Shown here one piece after another: positions 13,136 to 26,186 of a stretch of 64,000 nucleotides of DNA. The position numbers and the translations under genes are program-made. The notes beneath the pieces were generated by a model. That model was not told the DNA's origin. It was given only the letters and a program-made list of their open reading frames with translations, and searched no databases. The number at the start of each line of letters is the position of its first letter. Position 1 is the stretch's first letter. The DNA lies in the NCBI RefSeq assembly GCF_006345805.1, contig NC_042999.1, positions 16,616,001 through 16,680,000 on the forward strand. The letters are read 5' to 3'. This DNA comes from Octopus sinensis. Lineage: Eukaryota.

Positions 13136-13560
13136 AGGTACAGGAGTGGCTGCATAGTAAGTAGCTTGCTTACAAACCACATGGTTCCGGGTTCAGTCCC
13201 ACTGCGTGGCACCTTGGGCAAGTGTCTTCTATTACATCCTCGGGCCGACCAAAGCCTTGTGCGTGGATTTGGTAGACGGAAATTGAAAGAAGCCCGTCGT
13301 ATATATGTATATATATATATATATATACAAATAAATGAAAGAATGGAGTTGAACGACGAATTAACAACATTCCTTTATTTTCGACATTATGTTTCGAAGG
13401 CTGCATATTCCTAATTTCGAAGGAATAAGGGGTGCATTATGCCGCCTTCTCATCAGGAAAAACAAGGAACTTATGTCAGCATCAATATGCACAAAAACTT
13501 TTGGATGACTGCCCACACGGAGCTCATAGCGATATATAAATATAATATATATAATATATA

Positions 13561-13632
<72 letters not shown>

Positions 13633-13812
13633 TTGTCCCCCCCCCCAACATCGCATCGCTTGACAACCGATGCTTGTGTGTCTACGAACCCGTAACTTAG
13701 AGGTTCGGCGAAAAATACCAATGGAATAAGTACTAGGCTTACAAAGAATAAGTCCTGGGGTCGATTTGCTCGATTAAAGGCTGAAACAAGTAAAAGAGTA
13801 AAAGAGTAAAAG
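13136..13812 (+). mobile_element. SINE family A interrupted at its internal (TA)n by a Penelope-type fragment (13328-13535)
   Basis: Head at 13136-13305; 3' half resumes at about 13600. Confidence 0.85.
13370..13469 (-). ncRNA. Type I hammerhead ribozyme with intact core
   Basis: Minus strand reads UUCCUUGUUUUUC-CUGAUGA-GAAGGC..GCCUUC-GAAAC-AUAAU-GUC^GAAAAUAAAGGAA; 13-bp stem I with 2 mismatches; 6-bp stem II with G10.1-C11.1. Confidence 0.85.
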
Positions 13813-14724
13813 AATATATATATATATTATATAAGTATATACGCGTGTATGTGTGTGTGTGTGTGTGTATGTGTGTGCATTGGCATATACCTAAACATTA
13901 TTACACGTTGACGCTGGCACAAATATGCAAATGAAAGTATGAAAAATCGAAAGGAAGAGTAAAATATGGAACGTTAAATTATTGTTCAAATATATATTTG
14001 AATTGAGTGTAGGTGGAAATTTATGATATTCCATATAATCGGCAAACATGTTCTATTTCCCTGGAGATTTAGTGCTAAACATCTAATTAAGCTTATTCAA
14101 GGCGTAACCATGTGTGTGTGGTTAAGGCGTTCGTTACACAAGCATGTGGTTTCGGTTCCACTCCCATCGCATTGGTTAAGTGTGCTTTACTAGAGACGCG
14201 ACCGAGCAAATGTTGAGGATGAATTCGGCTCAAAAAAAACTGTGCTGTAGCCCTTTGTGTATATATTCGTTATTTTTTCACTTTACCTGCGTGAGTTGTA
14301 GAGTATTTCTGTCTGGGAGATATCTTATGGTAGTGGAATAGTATTTAACTGCTATTTCTAAATTTCGGTATGTGGTGAAGCAATTTTTGCTGAACCCTAA
14401 TTATAATTATGCTTATAATTATAGAACCGATGATGGTTCTTTTAACGTACTGAGCTACTTGGTAAAATTATTAATTATTAATTGATTAATTAATTTTACC
14501 TCTTATTATTATTGATTATATATACATACATATATATATATATATAGATATATATATATATATATATATAATATATATATATAAGGAATATGGGGAGTTT
14601 AGTTCACTTGTGATCTAAACGAATAGGTACGCTGGGTAAGTGCTATAGTAGGTCGACTGTTAGGTTCCAAGATCACTGCTAAGGCTGGATCTAGAGATCC
14701 GTGTTAGGGTCCCATTATAGCAGG

Positions 14725-15040
14725 TATATATTATATTAGAGGGAAAATCAAAACCAAGGCAGAACGACTATCTCAAGTAATTTAAAATAATTAGATCTGA
14801 AGTCTTACAACCGTTTCTGGGATAACCCAAGTGGTATGTTAGCATGTGTGTGCACTGGGTATTCGGTCATCAGAATATTCATAACTTATCTCTGATGAGG
14901 GAATACTCAGTGCATGGACTTGCTAGCCTCCCACTTGAGTTATCACAGAAACGGTTGTAAAACTTCAAATTAAATCATTCTAAATCACTTAAGATACTCG
15001 TTCTGCCATGGTCTTGATTTTCCCTCTAATATAATATATA
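14725..15040. mobile_element. Inverted pair of Penelope-type pLTR ends, each with a decayed HHR
   Basis: Arms of about 150 bp; CTGATGA at 14892 (+) and 14867-14873 (-), each followed by GAAAC-GGTT-GTA. Confidence 0.7.
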
Positions 15041-15373
15041 TTGGGTCTTCTCATAAATAATGCGGTTTTTTCAATTGTGTGAACTGAAAGTTGAAGGACG
15101 GGATAAACTACCTGCGTTAACTTGCTATCAAAGCAGTAAGTAATTTTACCTTGTACTTTTTCTTAGTGCAAGTTTTGAAGAGTGCATTTCGATTTCAACA
15201 GTTATTTTTTCCAAGCTATAATGAAAGTGAGAAAGGAGCATATTCGGCATGTTTTACTTTATGAGATCAATAAAGGCAACAAACGTAACGGAAATTGCAA
15301 GGAATATTAAGGCAGTACATGGGGATCCATCAATAAGCGTAAGCCAGTGTCAACGATGGTTTTAGATATTCGT
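15041..15373 (+). mobile_element. Mariner 5' fragment (same family as 1013-2150)
   Basis: TA then TIR TTGGGTCTTCTCATAAATAATGCGG; MKVRKEHIRHVLLYEINKGN N-terminus. Confidence 0.85.
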
Positions 15374-15934
15374 TCTACCTTGGTTTTGGCTTTTCATTTA
15401 ATATATATATATAGAGAGAGAGAGAAAGAAAAGAGGAATTTCGATTATGCCCACGTTGTGAGTTGTAATGTATTTTAATTTTTTAATTTCTTATATATAT
15501 ATATATGTATAATTCTGAAGCAACAGTATTATTGACAATATGATATATATGTTCGTGTGCGTGTGCTTGTGTGTGTGTTAGTGTGAGCGTGAGTGTTTGT
15601 GTGGGCGTTACGAGTTCTTCTATTTGTACCCCCACCATATATCGACCAAAGTTGGCTTGTCTACTTCTCCGTAACTCAGTAAAGAGCCCGTTAGACCGAG
15701 TACCATATTTCGAAAAAATTAAACCTTGTATAGATTTGGTCGATGAAGTCGTTGGAGTCTGTACTGCGGCACTGCTCGCAGCCCAATGACTGAAGCAAGT
15801 AAATGATAGAATTTTTAATCAACTACATCGAGAATAGTTATAAAAAGATTTTAAAGTTGAACTTAAACCATCTTAAGCTGCATTCTTCAGAGTACCATGG
15901 TAATTAAAATAAGACCTATTGTTTTCCTAATAGT

Positions 15935-16370
15935 GTTTTCAAATTTTGGCCCAAGGCCACCACTTTTGGGGGAGAGGAGGAGGAGTCGATTACATCGGCC
16001 CCAGTACTCAACTGGTATTGTTATATTGACCTCGAAAGGATGAATGGCAAAATCAACCTCGATGGAATTTGAACTCAGAACGGCAAGACAGACGAAATGC
16101 CGCTAAGCATTGTCCTCGGCCTGCTAACGATTCTTATTTCTTTATTGTCCACAAGGGGCTAAACATAGAGGGGACAAACAAGGACAGACAAAGGGATTAA
16201 CTCGATTACATCGACTCCAGTGCCGAACTAGTACTTAATTTATCGACTCGAAAGGATGAAAGACAAAGTCAACCTCGCCGGAATTTGAACTCAGAACGCC
16301 AATACAACGAAATGCCGCTAAGCATTTTCCCCGGCCTGCTAACGATTCTGCCAGCTCACCGCCTTTTCTG
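15935..16370 (-). mobile_element. SINE family B dimer (tail alpha then tail beta)
   Basis: Two cores in tandem with two different tails. Confidence 0.8.
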
Positions 16371-16449
16371 TTTTCCTATAATGTTCAGATACGATCATTG
16401 AAACATTTTGCAGGTTCATTATTAGCTGATATATTTATCTTTAAATATT

Positions 16450-17009
16450 CACGTTGAGATCCGGAACGTTCGTGCCAATTTTTAAAGGAAAGAAAAAAGG
16501 TCAATAAATACTTGCCATTACATTTTAAATCAACCAAATATGAAACATTTCGTTGCACAATGCATCTCTATCTTCCTTATAACTTGAAAATACCCTCTTT
16601 CCAGATTTGAGGTGGTTTCACGGCAAAGAATTCATCAAGGTATCTTTTTATGTCATCCAAGGAACTGAAATTTTTACCATTAAGACTATTCTGCAGAGAT
16701 CTGAATAAGTGGAAATCCCAAGGAACAATATCTGGTGAATATAGCAGTTGGGGTAACACATCCCAGCCGGGCTGCAGCAATTTTCGTCTGGTTCCCAAAG
16801 CATTAAGTGCCGAAAATGAACTTTCTTATCTTCGATTTACAGAATTAACATAGGTTATAGGAGCATAAACTTTCTTCCACGAAAAGATAGCTTAAACTGT
16901 GCTCTAAATGGAGGTGTAGTCAAATCCTATTTTATGGACTGAAACATGTTCTAAAATAAGTCGAAAGGTAGGCTACTATAAATCGGCATGAACTTTCCGG
17001 ACAACCCAA
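16450..17009 (-). mobile_element. Internally deleted non-autonomous mariner
   Basis: TIR TTGGGTTGTCCGGAAAGTTCATGCCGATT; N-terminal codons fused to GWDVLPQLLYSPDIVPWDFHLFRSLQ; same layout as 50240-50800; left TIR degenerate. Confidence 0.88.
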
Positions 17010-17031
17010 TATTATTCGATAGATATATATA

Positions 17032-17266
17032 CAGAAATCCCTCGCCATATCGCGGTTCACCTATCACGGTTCACCTATCGCGGTCTATTATTTAAGCTTA
17101 CGTCGATTCCTCCGTCGTGTTCTTTTGCATTCATGATAAAACACTTATATACAAATGATAAAAATAATTTTAAAAATATACTGTACTGTTTCTACTTCGC
17201 GGTTTTTCACCTATCACGTTTTTTTTTTGTTTGAACGTAACGCCCACGATAGTCGAGAGATGACTG
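17032..17266. mobile_element. Tigger/pogo-type MITE
   Basis: TA-CAGAAATCCCTCGCCATATCG ... CGATAGTCGAGAGATGACTG-TA; degenerate TIRs and TA target duplication. Confidence 0.75.
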
Positions 17267-17814
17267 TAATCCGATGAATATAATGCGATATTAAGGCGAT
17301 AATGTTTATCTTATGAATCTAATAAGTAAAGCATAGCCCTTGTTACACCTTTCTATGAAAAATGAATTCTATCAGCTTGTCTCTATTTAACGTATGATTT
17401 CAACAGAAACATACGTCTTCCTGATTGCACCACATTAGTATGCGACACGAAAAGGTATGATTTGTTGTATCGGAAAAAAGTCACACTCCTTTAACAATAG
17501 TACATTACTCGTAGCTAACTTTATAGATCTTGGAAAAATGAAAGCTATAATCATCTGCAGTGGATTTGAACTCAGAACTTAAAACGATGGAAGTGAATAC
17601 CACAAAATACACTTTGTCGGTCGTTCAAACATTTCTACCCGACCAAATTCATAGCCATGTGATATATGGATTTATATACATACATACATACATACATACA
17701 TACATACATACAACATACATACATACATAATAAATACGTACATACATGCATGCATACATGCATACATACATGCGTACATACATACATATATTTATTTTTA
17801 TTTATGCATTTATG

Positions 17815-18120
17815 CGCCCTTTTCAAGCCTAGCCAGGCTCATGGGCCCAGTTTCCCGGTTTCTGTGGCGTATGCGTTCCCCCCACAGCTGGACGGGACGC
17901 CATCCATCGCAGCGTTACTCAAGAAACAGGAAGAGAGAGTGAGAGAAAGTTCGGGCGAAAGAGTACAACAGGGGTCGGCACCACCCCGCACCGGAGTCTC
18001 GTAGAACTTTTTAGGTGTTTTCGCTCAATAAACACACACAACGCCTGGTCTGGGAATCGAAACCGCGATCCTCCGATCGCGAGTCCGCTGCCTTAACCAC
18101 TGGGACATTGCGCCTCCACA
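17815..18120 (-). mobile_element. SINE family C head with a V-domain-like tail
   Basis: Minus strand TAACGCTGCGATGGATGGCGTCCCGTCCAGCTG resembles the V-SINE domain (from recall, not a database match). Confidence 0.7.
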
Positions 18121-18349
18121 CATACATATATACACACACACACACAGATACATACATATATAAATACGTACACACACATAAACACGTACATACATACATG
18201 CATGCATACTTGCATACATACAAAAATACATACATAAAAACGTACATACATACGTACACACATATACACACGTACATACGTACATACATACATACATGCA
18301 TGCATACATACATAAATACATGTGTAAATATGTACACATATATGTTCTT

Positions 18350-19050
18350 TTAATCTCATTAGTTCCATTCTGAGCGCTGCTACCATGATAGAGTATCACC
18401 TACGCATTTTAATCAGTTCTTGAAGTACTACAAGGTTTAGTGAACGGAGGAATTTTTTATGCAGCTGCTCTTGTATTTCTTGCCAAGACGCCAAGACGTT
18501 GTATCTTCCTGTAATGCCGATAGTAGTATATTCAGGTATTGCCGATAGTATAATATACAGGTAGTTCTTCAGTACATTTGTATTCACTCCATGAAAATCT
18601 CTCATTTTCTTTTGGAGCATTTTGAAAAAGTATGGCATTGGAAGCTTAGATTGTTGAAGTACGTGGTTCTGATTTTCGATGAGGAAGTTGGGACCTTCGA
18701 GATTATTCAGTGACAACTAATTTGGGGATTGATATATCTCATGGTAACAATGTAGGGTGCGACCTCTTCGAGGATCTTCCCTGTATGGATTATTGCAAAT
18801 TCTGTTTCGTTACCTGAGTAGATTTAGTGCTTTCAACTTCTGCCAAAAAACTATTGCATTGAGGTGATATTTCTCATGGTGCATCATTGAATAAATTCTA
18901 GCCTTTTTGTTGCTTAAATAATATTTGTCGACCATAGTCGTGCGTAATGCTTTTAGTACGGGAGGACAAATATTCTCCACAAAATTAACGTAATTTCCTG
19001 ATCTCTTGTACTGGAAGAGCTTAGCACCCATCACATTTTCCTCATCGTTG
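18350..19050 (-). mobile_element. Decayed CR1-clade LINE 3' fragment
   Basis: Pieces FWQKLKALNL, AIIHTGKILEEVAP and RDFHGVNTNVLKNYLYIILSAIP parallel 2151-2669 and 6381-6684; degenerate CR1 tail near 18360. Confidence 0.65.
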
Positions 19051-19365
19051 ACACATTGGTAATGTGTACATGAAAAGATGGAACTTTATTCATATTTATC
19101 CCCGCGTACAGATTATGACTCTGAAACAGCAGTTACCCCATATCGTGTGTCATGTTAGTGGAATTGTTGTAGGTTGATAGCGAAGGGTATGCAACTATTC
19201 AGCTTTGATCGTAAGTTTCTTTTCGTCACACGATGTGTTACGTGTTATGTTAGATTGTGTAATGATTTTGATGTTGGTTTCTTATATCACAGTATCCTCA
19301 ACTGCTTCTCTCTCTCTCTCTTTCTTCTTCCACTACTTCTCCTCTCCTTCTTCTCTTTATTAGGT

Positions 19366-19397
<32 letters not shown>

Positions 19398-19416
19398 CAT
19401 ACATATACATATACAT

Positions 19417-19447
<31 letters not shown>

Positions 19448-19454
19448 CTCTCTC

Positions 19455-19858
19455 TCTCTTTTACTCTTTTACTTGTTTCAGTCATTTGACTGCGGCCATG
19501 CTGGAGCACCGCCTTTAGTCGAGCAAATCGACCCCAGGACTTATTCGTTGTAAGCCCAGTACTTATTCTATCGGTCTCTTTTGCCGAACCGCTAAGTGAC
19601 GGGGGCGTAAACACACCAGCATCGGTTGTCAAGCAATGCCAGGGGGACAAACACAGACACACAAACACATACACACCATATTATATACATATATACGACA
19701 GGTTCTTTCAGTTTCCGTCTACCAAATCCACTCAAAGGCATTGGTCGGCCCGGGGCTATAGCAGAAGACACTTGCCCAAGATGCCACGCAGTGGAACTGA
19801 ACCCGGAACCATGTGGTTTGGTTAGCAAGCTACTTACCACACAGCCACTCCTGCGCCT
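19455..19858 (-). mobile_element. SINE family A, full length
   Basis: Reverse complement of the consensus. Confidence 0.9.
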
Positions 19859-20032
19859 ATATATATATATATATATATACACATGTATATATTCATATAT
19901 TCATATTTATGTATATAGATTTAATTTATATATATATATGTTTATATAATATATAATTAATAATAATAATATGACAAACAAAAGAATGAATGAGACATCG
20001 ATGTTATGTAAATAGAGGAATTTATCTATAAA

Positions 20033-20185
20033 TATAATATGTGACAATTAATTGGTTGTCATAATAAAACTCAGAGTTCCGGATGCCGGGACTGAAGTCT
20101 TCTCCGGTATCTCATCAGTTCTGATGAGATGCCGGAGCAGACTCTGAATTTTATTATGACAACTAACTAATTGTCACATATTATA
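20033..20185. mobile_element. Fold-back of Penelope-type ends with truncated HHR motifs
   Basis: CTCATCAG-TT-CTGATGAG at the centre; both arms end in TGTCACATATTATA; right arm has a deletion of about 21 nt. Confidence 0.65.
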
Positions 20186-22437
20186 TACATATATATATAT
20201 ATATATATATGCACACACATGCATATATGGTCTGTGTGTGTGTGCCTTCAGTACATAAATGCACACACATATGTATATCGTATGCACTCACAAACCACAC
20301 ACACACAGTCACTCACCTGTACATACCAGTGTACTAAACTAGAGGTCAGCATCGAATGTGTGTTCAAAATATATCTTGAATAGTCAATTAACAAGTTAAA
20401 CGAAGATGGAAGCTATATCATTTAAAATATCTGAAACGTTATGGAGGTGAGAAATATACTTTGCACTAAGCATTTTTGTTGATATTCGTACTAATTAGTG
20501 AAGTAACAGCTAATCTGCGATAACTATTAGAGAAAAGAAAAAGAAAACAGACAAACTTCAGTCATACGATTAGCGTAACATTCGACTAGACATGTCGTTT
20601 ACTAGAAAACATTTTCAGACAATATTTTGGAGCCAAAACTAAATAAATAAATACAGAACACTCCTTGGGGTAAATATTTCAGACATGATTATAGTGTTTC
20701 TTGAATTCATGTTTAATTTAATAATCTACATAATAAGAAATTCGTTTTTTTTGTCTTTTATTCTGGTGTGAAACCAACACAGAGTTCCAAAATTTCTTAC
20801 TTAATCTATTATTTATCCATTCTAATAAATATTACAAATGTCTATGCGCATAATTAAAGATCTGCAACATTGTTATTCGAAAATAGTTATTTGTTATTCT
20901 ATTTCATATACAATGTAATTCGGTGTTCTATTTAATAAACAGTGTAATATGGTATCGTTACATCAAAAATAGGTCTGCATATCTCGAGTCTATTGTAGAT
21001 TATATGTGAATGAATGAAAGTAGGAGCCCCATTTATGAACAGTCAGTGTATAGAGTTGGCGCCAAGCACTGTATAGTGTAGGTAACAGCCGTGTTAGAGT
21101 TTTGCTTTAGAAGGCAACGCTATTGAGAATAGATATTAAAAAGCCGGTGTTAAATGGATTGACCACCCTCTTAAAAACGAACCACAAATTCTGAATGCAC
21201 AAAAACTATAAAAATTGATTCATACTGAGTTTCTTAGAAGATATGCAATCCTATTCAATGCTTTTTCACAGCAGCAAATACATTGTAGCATTTGAGATAT
21301 TATATAGGTTGCCATATTGAGAACACTTAATTCTATATCTAATAAGATATAAAATTAAAAGATAGACGTTAATGCATTTTTCTTGATGAATGTCAAGTTA
21401 TCAAATTTATTGTAATTAAACGAAGACATGTATTTTTTTTTTCTTAAGGAAAATATTAAATCTAAATAAAGAACTAGTTGGAAGTAAGTGTAAATTTAAT
21501 TAAATTGCAATGATCTGTGCGTTGACATATATGTTAGGCTAGAAGATATTTCTGTTAGCTATATTATTAAGTTGATAAAAAGAATACTAATTTTTAATAT
21601 ATATCATTCATCATAGGTCAAAAACCATTCAAATTCAAATAGATCCAGAGTAGGAAATATGATGTACAAAAATCATTTGTCCATAACGTTACTCGATTAA
21701 GTCTTTGAAATCCAAAGCCAATCATAAAAAGGAAGACATTTCGCCATTCTTAATAATATGCTGCAATAGTTTGCAAAGGTGACTAGAATACTTTGATCTT
21801 TACAATTTTTATTCAGTACCATGTTGCCAATGCTGACCTAATAACCACGAAGCTTCCAGTCTTTATTTTATCTTACACCATACGGCTGCCAATTATGTAT
21901 AATGTGCTAGCTGCACAATAGCATTTCATAGGTAGGTTTCATAAGAAAAGACTGATATAAAGGTATAGTGAGTCTAACAATGTAATTGCTCAATCTATTG
22001 ACATTATTGCTGAAATCAATGAATCAAAATTATGCCTTTCCAGACTTGCGATTGGAATACAGTGAATAATTTATTCCGAGCAGCAACTTCGGCAAATGAT
22101 TTACTGCATGCTCTTGATTTGCATGGTTATAGTCGTAGCTGAAAACGTTCTTTATTGAAATTATGCCTACGCTGTCATGCCGAGCTTTGAAAAAAGGAAT
22201 TATTTTCTGAACTGTTAAAGCTGTGTGTGACCACGTGACAGGAAGTAAAGTTGACATGTGAAATTTGCAAGAGAAGACCAAGATAAAATTGTAATGTTTG
22301 TAGCTCTGATACAAAAGAAGGATAATAATAAATTACAAATTCGAAGATACGTTTGTGTGTTTCTTCTTCTTCTATATATAAAAATATACATATATATATA
22401 TAGAGAGAGAGGGAGGGAGAGAGGGAGAGAGAGAAAT

Positions 22438-22469
<32 letters not shown>

Positions 22470-22477
22470 ATTATATA

Positions 22478-22583
<106 letters not shown>

Positions 22584-23384
22584 TAAGTATGTATTACGCA
22601 TGCTAATTATATAATTATATGAGTATCTATGAGTGTGTTTTGTAGGCAAAACTTCATGACACTACCTCCAACATTCCCCCTCAACTGAACGTCACTCCGT
22701 TGCAGAGTTACTGTTTTACAACTGAGTGGATTGAAAGAACGTGAATAAAAGATTCTAATTGGTTTATCGGTTTAAGAATCATTTCAAATCTATTTATCAT
22801 TTCAATCTTATTTACTACAAAAAAAACTTTTTCTCAACTACGGTTAACATTTAGAACACAAACGCTGTATAAGTATAAATGAGATAATACCGATAAAATA
22901 ACTGTAACCATACTGGCAGAACTCATCTAAAGGTTTGAGTTGATCACATTGAATTCGAAAATTATTGAAGTAAAAAAAGTAATTTTATCGACAACTATTT
23001 GTCGAATCGCTATACTGCACTTTGTGGCAATACGAGACATTAAATACAACAATCACAAATACGATCACACATCTACATACGTACGTACGTACGTACGTAC
23101 GTACGTACGTATGTATGTATGTATGTATGTATGTATGTATGTATGTATGTATGTATGTATGTATGTATGTATGTATGTATGTATACATTTTATATGTACA
23201 TATATATGTATATATATATGTATGTGCCTATATATAAGCACACACACATGGAGGTATATATTTGTCTACTAAACACTCTCATACCTTTTACCTTTTACTT
23301 GTTTCAGTCATTAGACTGCGGTCATACTGGGGCACCACCTTAGTTACTCATAATTATATAATTAGTATGCATAATACACACATA

Positions 23385-23466
<82 letters not shown>

Positions 23467-23699
23467 GCTAGCTAGCTAGCTAGCTATTTATCTATCTATC
23501 TATATATCCATCTATCTATATATATATATATATCTATCCATCTATCTATCTATTTATCTCTCTCTCTATCTATCTATCTATCTATCTGTCTATCTCTATC
23601 TCTATCTCCCCCCCTCTCTCTCTATATATGTATATGTTTATATATAAAAGAAGAAGAAACACGCAAACGTACATATATATTTACACAGGCACACATATT

Positions 23700-23995
23700 T
23701 ATGTCACTGTATCGACAAGCCTATCGGATGTGGTTACACACCGCTGGTCACAATATTACTTCCTCGCATTGTTTTATTTTCCGGATCATGACACTACCTC
23801 CAATATCTCTCCTCAACTGAACGTCACTCCGTTGCAGAGTTACTGTTTTACAACTGTGTGGACTGAAAGAAGATGAAATGAAGTGTTTTGCTCAAGAACA
23901 CAACGCATTGCCCGGTCCAGGAATCGAAACCACAATCTTGCGATCGTGAGTTGAACACCTTAACCACTAGGCCATGCAACTTGGTCCACCCCACT
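23700..23995 (-). mobile_element. tRNA-derived SINE family D (TGGCCTAGTGGTTAAG head, GTGTTCTTGAGCAAAACACTT body); partial copy at 22655-22750
   Basis: A/B boxes on the minus strand; body repeated at 22655. Confidence 0.7.
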
Positions 23996-24345
23996 CCCTC
24001 ATCTCAAACATGTATGTATATATGCAGAAGAGACTTGCCGATAATGCAACAAAGTAGGACCAAAAAAAATTTCTTATTCACTGAACCATGTATGTAACAG
24101 ATAAAATCTTCCCATCGTAATTTTCAAGCCAAAGCTACCACGAATAACGCACACGAATTGTACGAGGTACAGAAGCTAAACTGTCAATTTTTACGGGTAC
24201 AATACAAAGAAAAGCAGAATCCCACCCATTCTTCTCATCGCTGACGCCGCGTATGTATTCCACCCCGCAAACCAGAATCCAGAGAGATTAAGACAGCTCC
24301 AGTCCTTCAACAGAGCATCGGGTTCCTATGTAGGTGGTCTAAACC

Positions 24346-24650
24346 CTTCTTCTTCTTCTTCTTCTTCTTCTTCTTCTTCTTCTTCTTCTCCTCCTCCTCC
24401 TTATTCTTCTTAACCTTCTCCTCTTCTTCCTCCTCGTTTTTCTTCTCCTTTCTCCTCCTCTTCTTCTTCTTCTTCTTCTTCTTCTTCTTCTTCTTCCTCC
24501 TCTTCCTCCTTCCCCCTTCCCCTCCTTTCTCCTCCACCACCTCCTCCTCCTTCTTCTTATTAGCCTCCTCCTCCTCCTTCTCCTTCTTCGCCTTCCTCCT
24601 CCACTCTTCCTCCTTCTTAACCACCATCTCCTACTCCTTCTTCTTCTTCC
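24346..24650. repeat. (TTC)n/(CTC)n compound microsatellite
   Basis: Seen directly; source of the K/E-rich pseudo-ORF. Confidence 0.95.
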
Positions 24651-25104
24651 AAATTCTTATCTTTTAATGTCATTTTCCTCCACCAAGACTCAAATCAATC
24701 AAAGACAAAGAAAAAACAGTTGAATAGTTTCACGAAGACACCGTGAACTTAACGAGACATACATACATACATACATACATACATACATACATACATACAT
24801 ACATACATACATACATAACATCAGTGAAAAATAGAATACCTATACTGAACTTTTGAAAAATCTGCAGTTGCTCTGTCCAGATTACTAGTTCACGTTTATA
24901 CCTGTAATTATTGGGGTCCTGGGATATGTAACATACTGCCTAAATATTAATCTTGAGAAATTATGCTTCTTAAAACCAGAAAGGGGAAAGCTAATTGGAA
25001 GACAACAGATCCAATCCATCACTCAAACTACAAACTCTGTAAAGCTTACCAGAAATTTAGCATTTAAATGTATATGAGCATGTCTAGATATGTAACTATA
25101 TGCA

Positions 25105-25166
25105 TGAGAATACATACATAAAGCAAGACATACAAATCTGCACATATACATACATACATATATACA

Positions 25167-25200
<34 letters not shown>

Positions 25201-25358
25201 CATACATACATACATACATACATACATACATACATACATACATACATACATACATGCATAGATACATACATACATACATACATGCATACATACATACATA
25301 CATACATACATACATACATACATACATACATACATACATGCATAGATACATACATACA

Positions 25359-25420
<62 letters not shown>

Positions 25421-25494
25421 CATACATACATACATACATACATACATGCATAGATACATGCATAGATACATACATACATACATGCATAGATACA

Positions 25495-25556
<62 letters not shown>

Positions 25557-25608
25557 CATACATACATACATACATACATACATGCATAGATACATACATA
25601 CATACATG

Positions 25609-25640
<32 letters not shown>

Positions 25641-25818
25641 CATACACATACATACATACATACATACATGCATAGATACATACATACATACATGCATACC
25701 ACATGCATACATACATACATATAATATACATACATACATACATACATACATACATACATGCATAGATACATACATACATACATACATACATACATACATA
25801 CATACATACATACATACA
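25105..25818. repeat. Long (TACA)n array with CATGCATAGATA variants
   Basis: Seen directly. Confidence 0.95.
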
Positions 25819-26186
25819 AAGAAACAAATATACCCTGTTGTTGATGTTGAAATTCCAATGAAGGAACCTTGGATTTATGTTAGAAACCAGCTCATTCTCT
25901 ATTGGCAAGGAATCTTGAAATAAAATTGGACAGTGACATACACACACACACACATACACACACACACACACACGCGCGCGCATATCGGTGGACGAAGTGA
26001 AACCCTGGTGGAAATTGTAAGGCACTCTGATTCAAATAAAAATACCTCACGTGACTATTGTAGTCTCTCGTTTTATGGTACTTAGGCCAATTTTATGCTT
26101 ATAAAACACTCCGATTGATCAGTTGCTTGAAAATGTGTATGAAAGATTTTAATCAATCCCACTCCAATTTTAATCAATCCCACTAT

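Noticed and set aside
24307-24627. K/E-rich 106-aa ORF
   Set aside because: Reverse-strand reading of a (TTC)/(CTC) array
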